From: the human T2T-CHM13v2.0 reference genome, Homo sapiens
Assembly (NCBI RefSeq): GCF_009914755.1
Contig: NC_060934.1
Strand: one strand, 5' to 3'
Length of the DNA: 64,000 bases
Position numbers and translations under genes: made by a program. The notes below the pieces were generated by a model, which saw only the letters and a program-made list of their open reading frames with translations, ran no database searches and was not told the DNA's origin. Of this stretch, positions 56,001 through 64,000 are shown in pieces (position 1 is the first letter of the stretch; every line of letters begins with the position of its first letter).

Positions 56001-59000
56001 TTCAGGGGTTCATCTAAGCATTGAAGGACTGGTGGGAGCTGGGGGGCATCCTTATCTCATGACCCCCCATGACATGGAAAGAAGACCCAAGAGCAGGCCC
56101 GGTTGCATGTGTGAGGGGCCTGCAGGTATGTGGTGCGTATGTGTCTATGCAGGTGTATCTGCTTGAGTCTTGTGCAGTTACGGTTGTGTTTCTGCATCGT
56201 CCCTGGTGTCCCAGAGCAAGGCCAGACATGTTGCTAGGGCCCTGTTCCTTGCATTTTCAGAGGTTCAGAGTCAAGAAGAGGTTCTCTGGGGGAGGAGATA
56301 CCACTGCTTGGGCCAGTGTGGGGTTTGCCCCTGCTTGGAGTGAGGGTATCCTGTGCACATTGCCGGTGGCTGGAGGGGTCACCCTGAGACCCTGGAGGGA
56401 ATCCTGGGTTTCCTCTCCATTTATCTGTCTCTGAGTACGCAGTGAGAGTGAGGGCTGGCTCTACTGGGGCTGGTGCTGAGGCTGGGGCTGCAGCCTGACT
56501 CCAGCAGTGCAAACCTCACTGCTCCCTCTCCCTACAGCAGACCATACTCCTGCAGGGGTGTGTGTGTTTGTGTGCACGCACGTGTGTTTGTGGTGTGACG
56601 GTCATGTGGCCCCTTCTTTGGCCACCCCCGAGTCTTCGTGGAAGGAGGCCCTGGCTTGGCTTTCTCCGTTGCCCGTGAAAGGGAGCCTCAGGCAGAGGCC
56701 CAGCTGCCCACCCCTACCCCAGGATCCTGCTGACATGGCCAGGCACCTGTCATGCACACACTATTATTACTCTGCCTTCTGCGGCCCTGGGTGGCTGCAC
56801 ATCTGTGTCTGTCTGCAGGTGTGTGTGTGTGTGTGTGTGTGTGCGTGCATGTGTAGCCAGCACGTCTGGGTCGTGTATCTTGGATGTGACTGATCTTTTT
56901 GCATCTCACATGGGTGTCTCTGAGAAGGCGCAGCCTGCCTGACTTCAGTCCCTAGTTGCGCAGCCGTGTCTGCCTGCCGGGCTTGCTGAGCGCCTGCGAG
57001 TTGAAGTTGAGTGTGCCTTCCTGACAGTTGGCAGCACTACTGTGCTGCTGTGTGAGTGCCCGCTCAGGTGATCCTTGCTTGGTGGCTGTGAGTTTGTCAG
57101 GGGTCCTGGGACTTCCCCCTGTGGTGGGGTTGTTGGGGAAAGGAGGGAAAGATGGGCTTCCCCTTGGGGTGAGCCTGTGGCGGGTATTGGAGGCAGGAGC
57201 TGAAAGGGTCCTGCGCTGTTGTGTTGGGTGCAGTCTGGCGAGGCGGAGCAAGCCCGGCTTGGGCCCCTGCCCCGGGCCGAGCAGGCTGGCCTGGCTGGCC
57301 TCCTCCCTGGCTCTGGGAAAGCCTTCCTTTCCCGGCTGGCCTGGCATTCAAAGCCAGACAAAGGGGGGCTTTCTCTCTCGCCTCTTTGTTCTGCTGCCCC
57401 AGAGCGCTGCTCTCTGCATGGCAAAAGCTAATTCCACTCTGCAGCTGGGAAGCCCTCTCTGGGGTCTGCCGGGCTCGCATCTGAGGTGCTGCCTCTCTCC
57501 TTGCCCTGGCGCCTGCCCTGGAGCCCCTTCCCTCTGCAGCTTGTGGTTTCCCCAGCCTGGGGTTCAGTTCACATGATAGCCCAAGGCAGTGGCTTGAGGC
57601 ATGGAAAGGGGGTTTAGGGCAGGCAGAAGCTTTTCTGAGGAAAGGGGAGAGTGCTATGAGCGCAGAGACCCAGGGAGAGATGGGGACAGGGACCAGGGGG
57701 AGGAGTAGGGGAGGGTTAGGATGGGGTGGCTCTGAGAAGGGGGCTGGAGCCAGAACTGGAGCTGGCCGGGCAGGGACCTAAGCAGGAAGAGGCTGCCCAG
57801 CCCCCTCTTCTTGCCCCTCCCTGCCCTGCCCCTCCCACCACCACAGGGGCTTCTGGAGCTAGCCATGGTCTTGTCTGAAAACCTAGGGACTGCCTCTGTC
57901 CCAGTCCCTGGGGCCCTGTTTCCTCCTGACCTTGTTTCTCTTCAAGGTTGACTTGAGGGTTTTATTATTATTATTTATTAACTTTTATACAGCCCAGAGT
58001 CCCCAAGCCTCACCCGTCTGCCCAGTCTAGTCTGGCATCAAAAATGGCAGCTGGCCTGGCCAGTCAGTCTCCAGAGGGACATGAGGCTTTCCTGGGGCAG
58101 GAATGTAGGGGCTCAGGGTTCGCTGCTCCAGGCCGGGAGGGGAGTCAGAGGAAGCAGCGGCAAAGCTGAGGAGTGGGGGCCCAGGTGGTGGAGGGTGGGA
58201 ATGGCGGCTCCTGATTCTTCATGCTTTTGTCCTCATAGGCCCCGGGCAGATCACCAAAGGCCTGAGGCCCGACAGGCAGGGCTGGGGGTGTGAAGGTCCT
58301 CCCTGGGCCCCACCTAGTCCCAGTCTCCCTGGTGGCCTGGGGCCTCCAGAGCTTCTAGCCCAGGCCACGTTCCACTCTGCTCTGCTCCTGCATGCTCCAG
58401 TGTACGCAGTCCAGGCCATGCACTGCTGTGGGGGGATGGGGCGGTGGCATGTGTAAGGTGCCTCCAGCCCACCTGCCTGCGCAGAGAGTACTTGCTCTGA
58501 ACTGAGCTGGGAAATCTGGTCGGATCTCAGCTATGGGTTTTTCCCAGGTGGGAAGTGGGGCCTTGGCTCTTAGCCATTCCCTGGGGAGGCAGGTGGGGGT
58601 TGGGATGGAAAGGAGGCTGCTGGTGGTGGGGGGTCTGGGCCTTGCCTCCTCTGCTCCCTGTTTTCCAGCATTTTCCAGTGTCTTGGCAACCTGATTTGCT
58701 CATTCGGTGAACTGGGGTGGGGTCGTGAAGGGGACGGCAGGCAGGTATTTCCCATCTTCCTTCCAGTTTCCCAGGCTTGAAGCGGCAGCAGCTCCCACTG
58801 TTCTCCCAGGCGCTGTCTGTAGCAGGAGTTGGCCCTGAGGGAGAGCAGGCCAGACCAGTGCAGCCCCCCGGACTCCTCCCTGGCTGGCACCCCCTGGCCA
58901 GCCTCCTTCCTCTTCCTGCTCTCACTCCAACCCCTGCAGCAGAGACAGGAGCCCAGTGGCCTCAGCAGCAGGAGGGGGAAATGAAACCCTCCCACCTGCT

Positions 59001-60487
59001 AGGGACTGTGTGGCCTGGGCTGGTGTCCCACCCAGATTGCCTGGGACAGACAGAAGCTTGGGAAGACCCTGCCGGCTCCCAGGGTAGAAGTGCTGTCAGG
59101 GGAGGCTGAGGAAAGCCCGGAAGAAGAGGGAAGGGGCTGAGCCCCACCCCCCCAGGACTGGACAGGAAGGCCCTCCCTCTGCTGTGCCCTGAGGGGTCAC
59201 TCCCTGGGCATCAGCAAGGGATGGGGCAAAGGGGCACCCACCAGCCTGCGGGGTGGGTGTGGACAGCTCAGTTCCTGTCCCCAAGGAAGCTGCGCTGGGA
59301 CCTTGGAGCTGCCTCTTTCCTACCCCTCCCCTGGGACTCACCTGAATCCTCCCTGAACCAGCTCCTGGTGGGTTTGGTCGTGGAGAAGCAGCCATGCAGT
59401 AAGCCTGTGGTGTGAGATGTGTGGGGCCAGCAGGGCCTTTCAGATGTCCTGGGCACTGGATGGAGGGATCAGCCTGGACTCTGAAGAGCACCTGGGGGGC
59501 CCTGTCCTCCTGAGGGTGGGCTTGGGGCAACCAGCAGGCAAGAATTTGAGGGCCAATTGTTCCAGGGGAGGTCAGTGGGCCTGATGTTCCCAGAGTGTCC
59601 TGGCCACCTCGCCATCGTGCCAGGCCTCTTGCCATTGTCTGGGGCCTCCAGGAGGTCCAGCCTTCCCTGTGAGGGGGTTGGGTCAAGTGCCTTTGCACCT
59701 CTGGCTGTGCCCGCCAGCATACCTGAGGCGGGCTCGGGGCTCAGGTGGCAAGGTATTCCCATGTGCGTGCGCAGCTTTGTGCCAGGTGCCCCTGCGCCTG
59801 CCCACTCATGCTGTGTGTGCTGTCGGGCTCTGACCCTTGGGCTGGCAGCAGATTCCTGTGCCTCTTGGTGCTTCTGGGGGCAGGGCAAGGTCTCCCAGGC
59901 CTGATTCTTTTAGAGGTCCTGTCCTGGGTCACTGAAAGGTTAAGTTGTGTGTGGGCCCCCTGCACCCAGCTTATAAGGTGAAAGCCTCACCCCCACACTT
60001 CCTCCTGCTCCCAGGGTTCTGGTTTTTTCCACAGTAGCCTCCAACACAAAATAGGGTCAGGCTGAAGTCTGTGGTGGGCCTTGGTTTGCCCCTACGTAAA
60101 ATGGGCTGGCGGGGTGAGGAAGGGATTGATGGCAGCTTGTCTTCGGGGAGCCAGCTGGGAGTGGCTGGGATGGGAGTCATGGGGTTGAACTGGAGGGTTA
60201 CTTTGAGGCCCCCACAGAGGAAGAAAGAGAACCACTCCTTGCAGCATGACAGTTACTGTGAATGTCTGTGGTTACACAGAGCTGCTTTGCAAATTTTAGT
60301 TTGTGTATGGAACCCATGGGCTTATTGAGTGAATTTGTTATGCATCTCAGGCCGCCCAGGCCTTTGTGTGGCCTGCCTCTGAAGGAAGGTGGAGAAAGAC
60401 AGCAGCAAATCCCCATTCTTAAGAGGCCCTGTGTCTTGTAGGGAGATGAGACCATGGTTTGTGAGGCAATTAGAAGACTCCAGAATA

Positions 60488-60974
60488 GTGCTGTCTAATA
60501 GAACTTCTGCATGATGGTAACATTTTATAACTTTAGTATCTGAGACTAGTGATACGTAGGTACTGGGCACTTGAAATGAGGTTGGTGCATGAGGAACCGA
60601 TACTTAACTTTTTTTTTTTTTTTTGAGACAGACTTTCGCTCTTGTTGCCCAGGCTGGAGTGCAATGGCGCGATCTTGGCTCGCTACAGCCTTCGTCTCCC
60701 GGGTTCAAGTGATTCTCCTGCCTCAGCCTCCTGAGTAGTTGCGATTACAGGCATGCACCACCTTGCCCAGCTAATTTTGTATTTTTAGTAGAGATGGGGT
60801 TTCTCCATGTTAGGCTGGTCTCGAACTCCCGACCTCAGGTGATCCGCCTGCCTCGGCCTCCCAAAGTGCTGGGATTACAGGCATGAGCCACAGCACCTGA
60901 CCTTATTTTTTATTTTTTGTTAACTTGGATTTAAATAGCCACATATGACTAGTGGCTACCATATTGGACAGCAC
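60488..60974. mobile_element. MER3-like hAT transposon split by a minus-strand Alu (60608-60902)
   Basis: Inverted termini gtgctgtctaata ... tattggacagcac; internal aaatagccacatatgactagtggctac. Confidence 0.75.
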
Positions 60975-61937
60975 AACCTGAGAGGGAGGGCAGAATGGGA
61001 CAGCCCCACCCCGTAGCCAGGACAGGGAGGGACCTGCACAGGCTCAGAGCAGGGGTCATGGAAAGTTTCCTAGAGGAGTGGGGACTTCAGTTGGGCCTTG
61101 AAGAATAGACAGGGGAGGGAGGAGGCACTGTGGGCTGCAGAAGAATGTACCTAGAGCTACAGGGAGTTTCCATGTGTGGAGGGCTGGGGACAGGATACCA
61201 GCCCAGCTGGCTGGAAGAGTCAGGGTGTAAAAGAGCCTTCATTGCCATGCTAAAGTAGTTGATAGGACGGAGTCACGGAGAGTTTTTGAGCAGGGGAGAG
61301 AGCCTGTCTAAAGAGGCATATCTGGTGAGAGGAGGGCAGGAGAGATGGAGTGACTGGCAGGAAAGGGGTTGTGGGGACAGGAGATTATGAGCTGAGAAGA
61401 GCACTTTGGTCCAGCACCTTCCAGCAGCCTGGCCTCAGGTCTTAGGAGACCTCAAATCTCCTTTCTGCCTGGGTCCCACTGAGGGGGCTGAGGGAGCTAG
61501 CCAGGACTCCAGAGTCCTAGCTCTCAGTCTTAAGAACAAGGGAGGGGGTGACTGGCCTGATGCCCCCTAATGTAAGGCGAGGGTAAAGTGAGATCTTTGG
61601 ACTGGGACAGAGGTTCACGTGGCTATGGAAGGGAATTTGACCCCCTGCATCTTAGGGTACTCATCTCTTAGAGGATGCTCCCCAGGGAGAGGCAGCACAG
61701 CCTGGGTAAGAACGGACCCTGCTGCCAGATCACCTGTGTTTGTGCCCAAGCTCTGCTATTTACAAGCTGTGTGACTGTGGACAAATTACTTAACCTCTCT
61801 AGGCCTCAGTTTCCTCTTCTGTGAAATGAGAATAATGATAGTACTTATCTCATGACATTACTGGGATGATTAGATAAATCTGTACAGGAAAAGTGTTTAG
61901 AACAGAGGTTGGTGTAGCCCTGCCCTCAGAAAGCTCA

Positions 61938-62275
<338 letters not shown>

Positions 62276-62456
62276 CTATTCTGGGGAGAGCTGGGAATAG
62301 GCCCCTGGGATTGGAGGGGGCCAAAGGGGCTGGGTAGCAGAGGCTTGGTGCCATCGGGTCAAAGGATCCATAGGATGCATGTGTTGTGTAGAGGGAAGCA
62401 TGGGTCAGGGTTGGAGCCACAGTCCCTCTGATACTCCCACCCAAATGTCCCTGCAG

Positions 62457-62552
62457 AAGATGCTCATGAAGCAGCAGGACCGGCTGGAGGAGCGAGAGCA
62501 GGACATTGAGGACCAGCTGTACAAACTCGAGTCAGACAAGCGCCTGGTGGAG
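62457..62552 (+). CDS. TRIM8: TRIM8 exon 2, coiled coil (KMLMKQQDRLEEREQDIEDQLYKLESDKRLVE)
   Basis: ctgcag|AAG ... GAG|gtagct; 96 nt, typical TRIM coiled-coil exon size. Confidence 0.96.
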
Positions 62553-62883
62553 GTAGCTAAGCCCAAGGCCATGCTGCGGGGTGGGGGTGGCTTGAGCGCA
62601 GGGCTTTGGGTGAGTTCCTTACTAAGGATTGATTGTGTAGCCCTATGCCAGAACCACTCCATCAGTCATTCAATCAACTGCCCGTGGATGCCCACTGGTG
62701 CCAGGGGATGCTGGCCCAGAGCCCTGTGCTACCAGTGGGGAACTGGCAGGTCAGACCTTGCCCTTGGGAGCCTGGGGCAGCCTGGTGACTTAGGGTTCTA
62801 GGATGTGAGAAGGGTAAGAGGGGGGGAAACCAAAGGTTTCCAGTGCTTACCTGCCTGCCCACTCCTGCCCTCTGTACTCGCAG

Positions 62884-63117
62884 GAGAAAGTGAACCAACT
62901 GAAGGAGGAAGTTCGGCTGCAGTACGAGAAGCTGCACCAGCTGCTGGACGAGGACCTGCGGCAGACAGTGGAGGTCCTAGACAAGGCCCAGGCCAAGTTC
63001 TGCAGCGAGAACGCAGCGCAGGCGCTGCACCTCGGGGAGCGCATGCAGGAGGCCAAGAAGCTGCTGGGCTCCCTGCAGCTGCTCTTTGATAAGACGGAGG
63101 ATGTCAGCTTCATGAAG
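62884..63117 (+). CDS. TRIM8: TRIM8 exon 3, coiled coil (EKVNQLKEEVRLQYEKL...EDVSFMK)
   Basis: tcgcag|GAG ... AAG|gtgggc; 234 nt. Confidence 0.96.
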
Positions 63118-63334
63118 GTGGGCTGGGCTCAGGACCAGGCGGTGGCACCCAGAGGGCCATTTCCAAATTGAGATCTGCAGTTTCCTGCACCTGTAGCTCA
63201 CATGCCCTTACCTTTGGAGCCAGCATGCATGGGTTCAAATCCACCTGCCTGCTCTTTCTAGCACTGTGACCTTGGGCAAGTCATAGGTACATCCCGGGCC
63301 TTGTTCCCTCACCTACGAAGTGGTGTTGATGATA

Positions 63335-63646
63335 CAGGTCTACTATTCTTTATCCACAATTCCACATTTATAAACATCTCTGGAAACTAAACAAATTTTG
63401 GCATCTAATTTAACAGCAAAAATTGACCTAAACTGATGTTAGGCAATTTATGGTCTTTATCTTGCTTAGTATGAAAATTCAAACATTTTGCTGCAGAAAT
63501 GTTGCTGTATTAGATTGTTGTGTCTTGCTGGGGATGATAATGTAATATATGATACAGGCACTGTATTCTCCGTCTAAAATCCAAAAAATTCCAAATTCCA
63601 AAACACATCTGGCCCCAAAGACTTGAGCTAAAACAGTGTGGGCCTG
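63335..63646. mobile_element. Tigger-family (MER46C-like) DNA transposon relic inside a MIR
   Basis: ta|caggtc ... ggcctg termini; aaacacatctggcccca motif; subfamily assignment from memory. Confidence 0.55.
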
Positions 63647-63897
63647 CAGAGCCCTTCTCCTCGGGTATGGATGAAGTTATGGATGCACAGAAAGCACTTA
63701 CAATGCCTGGGTCACGTGGCAAGAGCTCAGTAAATGTTAGCTCTTCTTCCGCAAATGGCCACCCCCACCCCTGCCACTTTCTGTCCAGAATGAGAGGATC
63801 CACCCAGCCTGGGGGAGGCTCAGGGGGGGCAGCTTTTGTCTTCCCCTCTCCCCGGGCTGCCTTTTCCACTGACTTGACTCTTTTCTCTCCCCAACAG

Positions 63898-63929
63898 AAC
63901 ACCAAGTCTGTGAAAATCCTGATGGACAG
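63898..63929 (+). CDS. TRIM8: TRIM8 exon 4 (NTKSVKILMDR)
   Basis: Long pyrimidine tract, caacag|AAC ... AG|gtaagc; 32 nt. Confidence 0.93.
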
Positions 63930-64000
63930 GTAAGCTGAGGGCCCTAGCCCTCCCGGGGGCACATCCTGGGGAGGGCAGGGGGGCCAGGCCCATGGCGGGG

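Noticed and set aside
53640-57270. p53 response elements in TRIM8 intron 1
   Set aside because: TRIM8 is recalled as p53-inducible, but I could only find isolated half-sites (GAACAAGCCT 53652, GAGCAAGCCC 57246); a PWM scan is needed

Overview
Human genomic DNA, recognisable as the SUFU-TRIM8 locus (10q24.32). The + strand carries SUFU coding exons 5-12 (669-37195) with a ~3.3 kb 3'UTR ending near ATTAAA 40476. An ~9 kb repeat-rich intergenic stretch follows, containing a 1.7 kb composite AT minisatellite. Next come a ~3 kb CpG island and TRIM8 coding exons 1-4 (52403-63929; the gene continues past the window). All exon boundaries were checked base by base for frame continuity; exon and residue numbering is from my recollection of the reference proteins. 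Introns hold more than 20 Alus plus MIR, L2, L3 and DNA-transposon relics; repeat boundaries are approximate. I see no new protein-coding gene or prokaryote-type system. The best leads are at the RNA-processing level: (i) a C-terminus-switching hub in SUFU intron 10 built around a (UG)24 tract, with a candidate 88-nt cryptic exon, an alternative last exon and exon-10 read-through; (ii) a GC donor at TRIM8 intron 1 followed by (CG)6(CA)8, a perfect GLI site and an intronic AATAAA; (iii) phase compatibility for an in-frame SUFU-TRIM8 read-through; (iv) in-frame candidate micro-exons in SUFU intron 8; (v) several unusual Alu/minisatellite architectures.
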